From assembly GCF_009914755.1 (NCBI RefSeq), contig NC_060939.1: DNA of 64,000 nt, one strand, 5' to 3'. The DNA comes from the human T2T-CHM13v2.0 reference genome, Homo sapiens. Below the pieces are notes generated by a model. That model had not been told where the DNA came from and did not search any database. It was given only the letters and a program-made list of their open reading frames with translations. Shown here in pieces: positions 44,210 to 58,298 of the stretch; position 1 is the stretch's first letter, and every line of letters starts with the position of its first letter. A program made the translations under genes and the position numbers.

Positions 44210-45154
44210 CTCCTCTTACTCTTATAGACTATGTTTTGATTGCGTTTATACTTTCCATGGCTTAGAAAGCATGTAACTTGCTTTAAATTCTACTAGTGAA
44301 TAGATTTAAAAATTACTCTTTAACCTACATTGCTTTCTAATTATCAAAGTTAAGACTGAAATTCTATCTCTTTGAGACACCCTTTTCCTCTTTTATTTCA
44401 TTTGGAATTTGAGACTCGGACTAGTTATGAAATTACTTTTTATATACATTAGTTTTCATTACATTATATATAATATCTTTATTGTATTCATTAGTTTATA
44501 GGCTATCTTTTTAAATATGAAAAGTGGAAGAAGATACATATTTTAGCAGCAGGCAAAGTTCATCCCGTCTTAGAAGAAACCAAAACTTCTATTTTAACCT
44601 GACCTATATTAAACAAATCAATTAGCCAAACAGAAAAACCTTCAAAAATTATTGATAAATTTATAGGAAAATTACTGTGTCTAGTCTTAAATTATATTTT
44701 GCAATTCCAAATATTCAAACTTTGTTTTAAGACCACATGTACTAATAAACATCATACAAAATATTTACAGCTTCAAAACTGAACCTTTACATTTATTTAA
44801 CACAGGTTACTGTAACATATATAATTACTACTAATAGTTTCCAGCAAAACTCCCATTTAAGAAGACTGTCTATGACTTAGGGACTTACAACAAACTGGGT
44901 ACTACTTCTACACTGTTTAGTTTTTCCAGCAGTGTTTATATAATTAAAGTAATACTAATGCTAATTTTAGCATTAATGAGAGTAATGCTAAAATTAAAAG
45001 GCATGTTGTAGCAAAATATCCCAAGCCACTTTTTCTTTGTGTACACAAAGCCTTTCCTACTTTCTAAACATTTGTTTTATTTTGAAAGAGTCTCAAACTT
45101 AAAGAAAAGTTGCAAGTACAATTCAAAAGTTCCAAGTACCTTTTAAAAACCTGA

Positions 45155-45490
<336 letters not shown>

Positions 45491-48053
45491 TCAGAGTAAG
45501 TTGCTAGCACCATGCTGTTACTCTTGAACATTTTAGCATATAATTTCTACAATATAAGGGTGGTTTCCTAGATAACAAGACAATCATCAAAATCAGGAAA
45601 TCAGGGCTGATACATTACTAACATTTAATCCTCAGACCCCATTCAGGTTTTGCCATTTGTCCCAATACTATCCAGTTCAGAATCGTGTGCTATATTTAGC
45701 CACCATGTTTCTTTTCTCTCCTTTGATTTGGAAAAATTCCAGTGTTTCCTTGGCTTTTATGACCTTGATACTTTTGAAGATTACAGGGCAGTTATTTTGC
45801 ATGGGAATGTCCTTCAATTTGGGTTCCTCTGGTGTTTCTTTGTGATCAAATTCAGGTCACACATCTTTGGTAAGAATATCACAGATGCTGTGTTCTCGCT
45901 GCATCCTATCAAGTAACACGTGATTTTTATTTCATTACTGCTGATGTTAACTTGATCACTGGATTAAGGTGTTATCTGCCAAATTTTACCATGATTCTTG
46001 TTTCTCTTTTGTAGACAATGAAAATTTTGTAGGGACCTAATTTGGAAGTATGTAAATATCCTGTTCTTCATCAAACTTTCAATGTATTCATTTATTTATT
46101 CCCTCATGGTTTCCTATTTTTTATAAATATATAATCAATTACTGACATTATTGTGTTTTTTGGACATGTCCTCATCATTCTTTGAGCACTTTCTTACTTT
46201 CTGGCCCAACAAGAAGTTCCAGATTTATCCTGTTCTTTCCCTACCCCAGCCTTGGAACCTGCCAAAGAGCCCTGGTTTCTTTTAGTCCTACCCTTCCTAT
46301 GTAGACACCTTCCTCATCCTACTTGCACTCTTGACATCCCATGCCAGTCACTCCTCCACAGGGGTGCAATTCTCACCCTGCTTGGGCTCTGAAACCCCAT
46401 ACTGGTAGTGTTCCCCATCCCACACCTTCTGAACCTGGTCAGCTTCCAACACTCTGCTCTGTGCCACTATAGCTCCCCAACTTTGGCGTGGATGCCTACC
46501 TTGCTTGGGCTCACCTAATGGCTTTAGGAATTAACTGCTTCAAAAAAGGAGAGGGAATAAAAAAGGGAAAGAGATATATACATACGTACATATATATGCA
46601 CACACACACATATTCATATATATATTCAATTTTAAAATCAAACTTAGAATGATTTACACTTGAGTGTCATTTCTCAGTCTTATTTAATTCTCAGATTAGA
46701 TCTCTATACAGAAGAGTCCCACAGACACCTTTCTTCTCTTTATTTTCATGTTTATTGTTCAATCTGTAAAAACTGTATCATGGTTGTCCCTCACATTGCT
46801 TGTTATTGCAGGGACGGCAAACTCAAAAGCTTACATGGAAGGTAAGGTGGAATGCAATTCAACCTTACTGCTTAAAGATCTGATTTTTCAAGAGAAGCAA
46901 TATATCCGAATTTTTATTTAAAATCTATTTTTAAATGCTGGCAAACTTGTGAGAAATTTCTTAAAACAATGTGTAGAATACACAAAACATGCTGACAGGG
47001 CTGAATCTGGCTTGGAATTTAAAACTTTACAATCTACTTTCTAAAAGCCACTTCTTGAGACTGCCAGATTTTTTTTTAAGTTTTATTTTGTTTTCTATAA
47101 AAATTGTGTTCAGAGCTCTGCTCTCCTTGTTAGTCTTTAGGATGATGTTCCCATTCCTTTATTATATAGGTATTCCATAGACTCCTATTGTTTTTTGTTT
47201 TTATTCATCCTCAAATAACAGACCTGCTACTTATCGCAAGACAGGGTAGAAGGCCACCCTCAGTCTGTCAAAGCAGTACACGACCATTTTGAGTAATGCA
47301 GAAAGTTTAGCATCCCTGGCCCCCAACCATCAAATGCCAGTAGAGCCCCTTCAGTTACTCTGACAACAACCGTACATTTCCAAACACCTGCTGGGGAAGT
47401 GGTAACACCTCTAATGTGAGCCAATCCATGAGTACAAAGGCTTAAGAGTTTTCCTACTAGCTTTCTCACGATGATGGGCAAGTTGGGTACAGGAGACACA
47501 CTTCTCTTCCTAAAGTCATTATCATCTTCAATATATTTCCTTCCTTCATCTTTACTTTCATTTTTATGAAAATATGGCCATCAGTGTTATGGCTACCTAA
47601 AATATGGAACTGACCATGTTACTCCTTCATGTCAAACCCTTCTTCGAATGCTTCCCACCAAAGATTTCCAAGATAGACCACTATGTAGGAGAGAGGAAAA
47701 AAAGCAAAAGCAAAAACTTGAGCACACGATAAAGTACAGCAAAGTGTATATGATTCCACCTTTTTAAAAAGTAAATATCCTTACAGTGGTATAGACAGTT
47801 TCGAAGAATACACAAGAAATCCATCCTAGAAAGATTGGGGGTCCAGGGTTAAAAAAAAAAAAAAAAAAAAAAAAGGCCTACTTTAGAATGTATTACTTTG
47901 TCAACTAAAAAAAGAATAATCAAACTTTTCAAAAGAAAAAAAGTAGAAAAAAATGTTTTGCAAAATTCATACTTCTGTGACTTTTTCACATGCTCTGTCC
48001 CCATAAAATATTTCTGTACTCTCTACTTCTACTAATTCTTAAGAACTTAGCTT

Positions 48054-48357
<304 letters not shown>

Positions 48358-48721
48358 TTAGCTCTGGCGTTATCTCCTTAAAGGCTTTTCCTAATAGGTT
48401 CTCCCAGTTCTGTGAAAACAGCACACAGACTGAAGATATGTTTCTCTGGCCTGTCTTCTCTATCCCAAACTGACCTGTGAGCTCCCTGGACTTATATCCT
48501 ATTACCTCAGTACCTACCCAACAAACAAAATACCTGTTGAACTAGTTATTACAAGTAAGTCATTATTTAAATATTGACCTTGAAACATAACTAACAGCTC
48601 ATTTATTACTTCCAGATTGCCTAACACATACAAATAATGTGACAAGGCCGTTACAACAGAGATAGGACAGTAAAACTGGTTTGGATATATTTAATGATAG
48701 TCTTTTTAGTACCTACACACT

Positions 48722-49013
48722 CTTTTTTTTCTCTTTTAAGAGACAGGATCTTGCTCTGTTGCCCAAGCTGGAATGCAGTGGTGCAATCACGGCTCACTGC
48801 AGCCTTGCCCTCCTGGGCTGTGGTGATCCTCCTGAGTAGCTGGGACTACAAGGTACATGCCGCCACACCCTGCGAATTCATTTATTTATTTATTTGCACA
48901 CACAGGTCTTGCTAGATTGTCCAGGTTGGTCTTCAACTGCTAGTCTCCAGCAATTTTCCCTCCTCAACCTCCCAAAGTGCTAAGATTAAAGGTATAAGCT
49001 ACCGTACCTGGCC
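48722..49013 (-). mobile_element. AluJ
   Basis: Diverged dimer 'ctcactgcagccttgccctcctggg'. Confidence 0.8.
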
Positions 49014-50820
49014 TATAGATTTAAATAAAGAGCCATACGAGTACACGCTATGGCAGTAAGAGAGGCAGATTGGAGACAGAAAGCCCAGATTTAGTAGTGG
49101 TTAAAACTGTAGAAAACAAAGGTAAAAAGAACCTAGTCGCAGTTTAGATCAACAGATGTATAATAAAATATGGCACTCAAGCCCTTCAGAACTTCCAGTT
49201 CCTTCTAGCACAGTGTTCCTGGCTTTCTTCTAAATTTTTTCAGGTAACTATGTATCTCACAAGCCCAATGCTTGAGATGTTTTAGTGCCAATGATAGTAG
49301 CTTTTGTGAATTTAGCGTGTGGGGAAATGGAACATGGCAATAGACAAAAGACAGTAAGAAAAACTAAACAAAATAAATAGTGCATCTGAAAATATTAGTA
49401 AGTACGGCCACCTTTATAGTTTTCCTTTTTAAAAAAAGAATGAGTTAAATGCTAAATTACATGCTATCCCCTTTAAATATACTATAAAATCAGGGAAAGG
49501 AATACTAACTAGGGTAGTAAATGTAAAATATGCATTTCTCTCAAAAGAAAAGATCACAAATTGCCCACCTGTTAGTCTGAAAGAAAGGGGAGCTGTCATT
49601 CATTCAATGAACATTTACTGAGCGTAAACTGAGTGCCAGGGTCTTATATCCCAGAGACAAGGGTGTTAAGCAAAACTTTAGGGACAAAGAGAAGACATCC
49701 AACCATTTTTCAAAAACTCAAGAAGTTTCTCAACTCAGAAAATAATTCTACATAAGAAAAAGAGAGATGATGTTCAATACAGGCACTTAAACATAGCCAA
49801 TAATAAAGTAAAAAGTCAAAATTAAATAGTCTAATTTATTATGTATTAATTACAATAGTATTTAATTTGATAATCTAAATATAAACAAAAAGAACCTATA
49901 TGGTAACAAAATGACAAAGCAAGTATCATCTAAAAAAAAGTGCATGAGCGAGGACAGGGAAGACATGCACTCAAGTCTCTTCAGACATAAGATAATCTAC
50001 TGTTCTTAAAGACCTCCAGAAAGTCAACCATATGATCCTTTCAATGAATACTGCAGTGTTCAACAACGCTCACTCTCAGCAAATGCATTCTGGACTTCCC
50101 ATGGGTCACAAGACCATGTGGGGCCCAGAGCTCCTTGCCATGATACTGATTATGTCATCCCTATAGGGGCAGAAAGTTTCCTTTCAATTTTTCAGAAGAC
50201 ATAATACTATAGTCTGGGCTTTGAATATATACTCCTCCTATCCTTCAAACTCCCACCACCACTAGCAGCAGCAGCAACAGCGATCTGCCAAGCAGAAAGC
50301 AACTTGCTACTAAACTTTTGGTTACTTTAAGCTCAACCTGGGCAAGTAAGATAAAATACCACTAACAGGAACCTGAAAACATTCCAGTTTCAAAGTTAAT
50401 ATGCACAAGTTTTACTCTTTTCCATATAAATTATTACATTTGAGAAATCTGCTTCATTCATCTAGCAAATGTATACTGTGTCCTCACTATATGCTGAAAA
50501 CCTTACAATATCATTATATCTTTGTTGTTAAAGTTTCATTAAGTGCTATGCTATGTGGTCTGTTCCACAAAGCAATGAAACCACCTTCTATTTTCAACAT
50601 ATCAAGATGATAAAATGGAAAATTTCTGTTACAAGTCTTTTTAAAAAGGAGTCACATATCACAGAGACTGAAAAAAATGGCAGACAAACTATTAGCACGC
50701 ACCATCACCTACTGACTCAGTGGGTCTGGAATGGAACGTAAGAATTTGCATTTCTATGAAGTTCCCAGGTGATGCTGATGCTGCTTCTCAGGCCTACACT
50801 TTGAGATCACCGCTCTCGAT

Positions 50821-51140
50821 CAGGAGTTGGCAAATATTTCCCATAAAAGCCCAGATAAACATTTGAGGTTTTGTGGGGCCATACAGTCACTGTTGCAGCT
50901 ACTCAAAGTGCAAAAGCAGCCAAAGACAATGTGTAAACAAATGGGTGTGGCCATGTTCCTATAAAATGTTATTTATCAATACTGAAATTTGAATTTCATA
51001 TGATTTTTAAAAGAATGTTTTGATAATTTTTAAATTTTTTTCAATCATTTAAAAATGTAAAAACCGTTCTTAGCTTCTGAGCCATACAGAAATAGGCACG
51101 GGCTGGATTTGGCCCATGGGCCATAGTTTGCCAACCCCTG
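50821..51140. mobile_element. MER58B, flanked by MER5 pieces
   Basis: TIRs caggagttggcaaa / tttgccaacccctg; 8-bp TSD-like ctctcgat / ttctagat. Confidence 0.8.
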
Positions 51141-53481
51141 TTCTAGATGAGTGGTTCTTAACCCTGGCTCCTCATCAGAATTAACTGGAGAGTTTTAAAA
51201 GACCCAGATACTTAAACCCAAGAGATTCTGATTTAATTAGTCCAAACCCTAGGGTGATTCTGGTATACAATCAGGATTGAGAACTACTGCTATTAATCAA
51301 TATTTTTCCAAATGACATCTAAGGATATTTAGGACTTAGTCTTTTCATCATAAAAGTTTCTAGGGTTAGGTAAGTTTGGAAAATGAAGTTTAAACGATTT
51401 ATTTATTGCAGGTCTTCTCACAAATCTCCAAGAAAGGTCTATAGTATGGAGTAGTTTTCCAGATTCATTTGACCATTGAAGGCCCAGAACATCTAATGGA
51501 ACTAGTGTTCTGTTAAGCATTTGGGAAACAGTGCTCTAAATCTTTCATTCATAAAGAATACCAGATACTTACTACTTAGATGCATAAAATTATAGCAAAA
51601 TATGACAGCAGAAACTAATTTTAAAATGAGAATGTGTTTGACTCTTGATAAATTAGCAATACAAAAATACAAACTCCTGATAAATCTGAACAAGTTAAAA
51701 AGAAAAAAGCCACAAAATCATCAGGCAATGATTTTTAAAAGGAGGGGAAACACAACAATACATTTGAACAATAAAAGTCAAGGTAAGAGGTAGTTTTCTA
51801 CAATGTCAAACCTAACATGAAAGATACAGAAAATCAGAACACATCAACTATAGAAGAAACTGGAAATGAATTACCAATGCCCTCAATCCCTAATTAAAGA
51901 AAAGGAGATGCTGAAATAAGGTCTCAACAGATTTACTGATGAATGCTCTTAAATGTTTCAAGAACTAGATGACTCTTTGATAAATCCAAAGGATGTTTAT
52001 CATTTTATCCTGTCCAAACACACAGTAGGCACTCAGCAAATACAGTAAATGTATTTGGAAAAATCAAAACATAGTTGTCAACACAGAAAAGAAAGTATCA
52101 CTTCCGTGGTACCAGTAGCAGCAGTCAATAACCCATGCCCTGAAGTTCTAAATTGTTAAGGTTCTTCCTACTCTACCCTGCATGAGGAGAAAAGCTGCCA
52201 TAGTGTAACACAGAAAGAAGACAAAACGCCACCAGGCACCACTGGAAAGGAAAGTAGTGAAACTAACCCCTCACTTCTTTCACAGCTTCTTACACAAGAG
52301 CATCCTGATAATCTGTATTACTAACTGGAAGGGCACTTCCCTAACATGATAAATCCCGGTATGCAAGTAAACTATGCACATAAGCAAATGAGACAAGTAA
52401 CTTGTAAAGACCAGATGTTTATTATCTTACTGCTTGATGTGGTTAATGCCCACAAATGCACCAACAGCCTAGCGGTACTCTTCACACATTATGAGCATGC
52501 TATTCGAAAGACTGGCATATGCCTGTCAACAATGATATAAAATAAAGGCATGTTCTATCCCACACACACTTAAAGTCAACGTCTACGAACTTGAAAGTGT
52601 CTGATTAATTAGTTCCAGAGCACAAGAAAGGACTTCATGTTGCCAATTCATTGTGAAACATTTCATTAATCCTCACATCTAAAATATGGGGAGAAAAGGT
52701 CTTAAAAATACTTAAAAGATCATGTCTATTAAATATTTTTAAAGTGAAAATAAATGGGCTTTTGAAATTCTAAATAATGTAATGAGTGAAAATTAGAGAT
52801 AACAGAGAAAAGTAAAAAAATGCTATGTTTAGATATGACTTAGTACCCCAAAAATCTAAAATATCTAGCACAATATATACTCAGTAGAATGTAATTCTGA
52901 GATCTCCTTTCGTTTTCTGTATACACTGTCTTCTACAGCAGACAAGTATACCAAATTTCAACTTTTCTTATTAGAGACAATCAGAAAAAAAAATAGCTGA
53001 GTTGAAAATAAAGAAGGGCCAAGAAAGGTAAGCTGCTTGAAGTCACAGAATTGATAAACACCAGAAAGATTATTTGAATCCTTACGTGATTCTCAAACAT
53101 GTGCTCTTTCCACTGCACCATGGTACCAGAAGACAACTTCAGTTTGACAGGTATTTACTAGAACTTACCACGCAACAAGCACAGGAATTTAAAAAAAGAG
53201 TAACATGTTTTAAGGAAACCTAAGTTAAGTCAACTGCTCAAGTATTTGGTTTGAAACCTAGGTAGATCTCCTAAATCCAATTTCAACAATCCTTCTACTC
53301 CATGATCATTACATATCTAAAAACCACATATCCTAATGTGTCCTAGGAACGGTAAACATCATTTTAAATGCTGGGGTTAACTATAAAATTTTTACTCTAG
53401 AATGTTATTAGAAGAGTACAAAAAAGGCTGACATCCCACACAAACAACATCTTTTGTGCTTTAAGGCATCCATAGTTCTGA

Positions 53482-53521
53482 ACACACACATACATACATA
53501 CACACACACACACATACACAC
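53482..53521. repeat. (CA)n/(CATA)n microsatellite
   Basis: Seen directly. Confidence 0.9.
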
Positions 53522-54270
53522 TAATTTGAGAAAGGGGAATGTGAGTTATAAGTCAATTTCCAAAGCAAACTACATTCAGTTCAATTATAGCACATTCTCA
53601 AATATATCATTTGCAAGCTTCCTATAGATATTTTAATGTTATCACTTTTAAAGCATGAACACTTAAGTTGAGATAGTCAATCTTGACAATCTTTTAAGAA
53701 AACATCAGGTAATTCTGTGTTTGTACAACTTGGAGATATGTGGGCTTAAAAATAAGCGTTCAGTGGATTACTGCTGGATGAACATCCATAATCATTAGTA
53801 GATCTACAAAAGGCTGTGTATCTGATCTTATTCTGTTCAACATTTCCTATTACAAACAAGATAAAGACCCAGAGATTATACTGAAAGATCAGGAAAAATC
53901 ACCAATTAGTCCACGATTTGGGCAAATAAGTTGTCTTGAAAAACAACAAAAAAAAATGTTTTTTAAGTCCCATGAAAATGCCCTAATAATATGCACCAAA
54001 AGAAGTAACCCATCCAGGAGATGAACTAAGGAGCACGGTAAAACAGAATGACTCCCATCACCTACTAAGCAATCTATGAATGATACACATGATTCTGATC
54101 ACTTCAGAAGGAAATAATAACCAGAAATATTAGAACTTTAAAAATCTTCATATAAAGTAATTCTAATATAAATAGTTAAGTTGTTTTCTCGTAACTTTGA
54201 TGACTTCTGGCCAAGTAAAATTAAGATCAAACCACTTTAAGTTTTCTTTGTAAATAAAAAACATACTTAC

Positions 54271-54491
54271 CACAATCCATTCAGCAATGTTTTCATAGAG
54301 CTCTGGACTAAAAATTGCTTTTTTAAGCCTAGCTAGAGGACCATCAGCATCTACTAATCTGCACCGCATGAAAACATCACAGTAACCTCTAAAATCGTTG
54401 CAAGGGGATCCAGGTTGCAGGGTGATGGTTCGACCACTGAAGTGCCTACTCCACTGCACAGACCCTGTACTGGCACAAGTTGATGGGTCCA
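54271..54491 (-). CDS. ADAM10: ADAM10 exon 14 (221 bp; Cys-rich domain and stalk)
   Basis: Acceptor ttttccag, donor GTAAGT; (M)[73 protein letters not shown]. Confidence 0.98.
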
Positions 54492-54506
54492 CTGGAAAAG
54501 AAATGC

Positions 54507-54554
54507 CAAATATAAGCTGAAGGTCAGATTCAAATATAAGTTGAAGATCAGATT
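54507..54554. repeat. 24-bp tandem duplication just upstream of the ADAM10 exon 14 acceptor
   Basis: caaatataag(c/t)tgaag(g/a)tcagatt x2. Confidence 0.95.
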
Positions 54555-54972
54555 TCCAGTTGTGCAAATACAAAGAGGGAAAAAAAACTGAAATCATTAC
54601 CATAACATGTTATACAGACCTTCTCTAGTTAGGCTGGGTAACGCCATCAGTAATTCATATTAAATGTTACAATGTAAACAAGCAACCAGCAAGTCTTGAC
54701 TCAGTGTCCACGATGACTTAAAGTCTAACAGTGTTTATGTAAATTACTGCTGTAAAGCTGGCAACGTTTTGTCTAGTTTATCATTTTTAAAACATTGTAG
54801 AGACCATAATAATAGAGACACAATGCTACGTTACATTTATAATCTCCTCAAGAGGACAGATTTAGCTGGAAATTATCTGGCCAAACTGTAGGTCAAAGTT
54901 TTACACTTAAAATTTAGGAGAAAATAATAGTTTGAGGCAAATTTTATACTCTTGTGTTTTTAAAAGCCTTAC

Positions 54973-55081
54973 TTTTCTTCATACAGCATACATGGCATAA
55001 TTCTTTATCATCTTTGCCATCAGAACTGGCACACGTACACTCCTCTAAGCCATATTTCTCACAGATAGAACCTGCACATTG
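54973..55081 (-). CDS. ADAM10: ADAM10 exon 13 (109 bp; Cys-rich domain)
   Basis: AG/GTAAGG boundaries; [36 protein letters not shown]. Confidence 0.97.
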
Positions 55082-55781
55082 CTAGAAGAAAAATAAAAGA
55101 CAAATTGTTTAATCCCTATACAGTCAAACCTATTTTTTATAGTAACAGACAGGCAAGTATGAGCTTCCAATGTCAAAATATTTAAATGGAAATGAAAGTG
55201 AAAAACAAACAGAGATGAGTATCAAAACTGAATTACATAAATACATTTGAAAAAATTTGAAAAACAGTAAATCCAAGAAAGATAGTAAATCTTTTAAAGC
55301 AATGGCAACTTAAAAAAATGAAATAAAAGCAGAGCAAGAGATTAGATGAGGATCGATTTTATGTTGGTTATTACGGCTCTTCTATAAAGAAAGAAAAATT
55401 AAATTTTTTTCCTGTAGAGCAAAGTGATATTCAGCCACAAAAGCTTTGAAGGTTTGATATTCAGAGAAGATGACCAAAGAGTTCTTTTATTTAGGCTACT
55501 GAAATATTATTTTATAAAACTTAAATATTATAGACAAATCACATGCCGAGTTGTACAACTATGTTTCTCTAGAGAATATCAACCACATGTACATGGAAAG
55601 ATGAAAGACAAATTAGTAGCTAATTGAATGCCACATAATATATTCATGGTTTTGTGAGGGAATATTACTTAAACAGAGACCAAGATTAATTACTTTAACT
55701 ATGTAGCTTTAAGCATCAATAATTCTTCTGAAAAACAAGTTTTCTAAAATTAAATTTTAAAACATATAGTTAAATGCTTAC

Positions 55782-55965
55782 CCCATTAATGCACACTTGT
55801 GTATGCCTATTACAGTCTGTGAAGTTTGGTTTAGGGTCAGATGCTGGGCAGAGAGCTGTGAAGCCATTACATATTCCTTCCCTTGCACAGTCTGAATCAT
55901 CCCGACACTTCTCAGACTTTGACTTGAATGCACACTGTGCTGTACAACAAGGACCTTGACTTGGA
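55782..55965 (-). CDS. ADAM10: ADAM10 exon 12 (184 bp; disintegrin domain)
   Basis: AG/GTAAGC boundaries; [61 protein letters not shown]. Confidence 0.97.
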
Positions 55966-57807
55966 CTAGAGGAAACATTAAGTGATTAAACAAAGTAAAT
56001 CACTAGTTATTCCCTATATACTATTAGATATTAGATTAGATCCACATTATTAGACATAGTACCAATTTTTAAATCCTAAGTCTCATCACTTAAATGATAA
56101 GTATGTTACTGGTATACAACTTCAAAAAACTGAAACCGCACACCGCCCTCCTGAGTAAACAGTGCACTGGTGGAGCCGTGTGTCCCAAAGAAACAGTGCC
56201 TGGGCCTACACAGAAAAGTCACACCCTGCAGGGTATGAGATAAAGCAGCACATTGCTCCTTCAGGTAATAATGCCTTGGCCAAGTTGAGGAGCTGTGCAT
56301 TCCAGGGCTAAGCCAACACAGTAACTCACATCCCAGGGAAATATCAGTGGCTGAACTGGGATACTATGCCTACAGGCCAAACAACTCTAGCACCCTGCTT
56401 CCCTGGAGCTAGACTAGCCCCCTAGAGTCTGAGCTGCTGAGACACCCTTCTCCCCACAGTAGTCATCACTGTGCTGTTCCCTGCCCCCTAGGGCCCAAAT
56501 GACAGCTGTGCTTGAACATTCTGAGGTACTTGCTGTTGCTGCACCTGGTCTCACAGACTTTGGGATACCACCAAGCCCCACCATCCCAGGGTCTAGACTC
56601 ACCACCACCTCCATCCCCGGTGACCCAACTCGTCACTGAGTCCTATTGGCTCAGGCTCCGAAATTACTGCCATGCACTGTGCTCTGGGCTCAAATCTCCA
56701 GAGCACCTCTTCCCTGGACCCAAGCCCGGGCTATACCCTGCCCACAAAGTGTATAATCCCAGCTACAGACTGGCCCGCTGGGCCCAAGGTGCTAGGGAGT
56801 AACCCAGAGTCACAGATCCTGGTGCTATAGGCAACCTACATTCAATCTTGCCAGACAGTAAACATGCACTGCAAGACACAAGTACCATAATAGGTTTGTG
56901 AGATCCTGAGCCTAGAACTCCAGCCCCACAGTTACTCTACGCATCCGCAACTGGAAGCCAGCACCGCAGCAGGTGCTCGTAGGCCATGTCAGACCTGACA
57001 CCAAGAGGGATCCCCTTGGCTAAGTCTCACCATTATGGGAAAAATGAGAATAGGAGGGCCCCAAAAGGCGTTGCCACTGAGGACATTAACAACCTACACC
57101 ACCAGCATCCATTACCACAAACTTCTACAGCACAGACCACTGAGGTGCCTACAGTTATTGATGATGTTGAATACAGCTGAAGAAGCTGCATGGAGACTAT
57201 ACCACTGCACCTACCTGGAAAAAGAAGCACCACACCCTTCCCGACCAGCACACTAAGACCTAGCTACAGGTGAGAGTATATCTCCATGAAAGTCACTCTA
57301 GAAAATTTAGATGAGACGACTGTTCCACCAGACAGGCACACAGACATGAACACAGGGACTCATGAAACATGAAAAAACAAATATATATGACACCACCAAA
57401 GGAACATAATTAACTCTCTAGCAACAGGTCCCAAAGAAAAGGAAATCAATAAATTGCCTAAAAAGGAATTCAAAATAATGATTTGAGGGAAAAGACACAA
57501 GAAAATATAGATAAAAAATTCAATGAAACTAGGAAAACAATTCATATGAATGAGAAATTCAAAAAAGTAATAAATATCATTAAAGAGAAACAAAAATCCT
57601 GTGGCTTAAGAATTCAGTGAATAAAATAAAAATATATAATAGACAGCTTCAACAGCAGACTTGATCAAGCAAAAGAAAATCTCTGAACTTCAAGATAGAA
57701 TGTTTGAAATTACTCATTTAGGGGAAGGAAAAAAAAAGGAAGAAAGTCTATAAGACTTATGGGACACCACCAAGTGAATAAATTTTCATATTATAAGAGC
57801 TGCAGAA

Positions 57808-57946
57808 GGTTGGGTGCAGTAACTCATGCCTGTAATGCCAGAACTTTGGGAGGCTGAGGTGGGAGGATCACTTGAGCCCAGGAGTTCAAGATCAACCTAG
57901 GCAATGTAGTGAAAGCCCATCTCTGCAACCAATCAATCAATCACTT
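57808..57946 (+). mobile_element. FLAM_C in the L1
   Basis: Monomer; TSD aa(g/a)agct(g/a)cagaa. Confidence 0.8.
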
Positions 57947-57998
57947 AAAAGCTACAGAAGGAGAAGAGATTTAAAAAGGCACAGAAAACCTTTGTTTT

Positions 57999-58298
57999 GG
58001 CTGGGGTGCACTGGCTCACACCTGTAATCCCAACACTTTGGGAGGCCAAAGCAGGTGGATCACTTGTCAGGAGCTTGAAACCCCGTCTCTACTAAAAATA
58101 CGAAAAAAACTAGCTGGGCATGGTGGCACGCACCTGTAATACCAGCTACTCAGGAGGTTGAGGCACAAGAATCACTTGAACTTGGAAGGCAGAGGTTGCA
58201 GTGAGCTCAAACTGTACCACTGCACTCCAGCCTGGGTGATGAAGTTAAGACTCTGTCTCAAAATAAAAAGAAAGAAAAAAGAAAGAAAAAAAAAAGAA
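57999..58298 (+). mobile_element. AluS/J in the L1
   Basis: Dimer with a small left-arm deletion. Confidence 0.8.
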
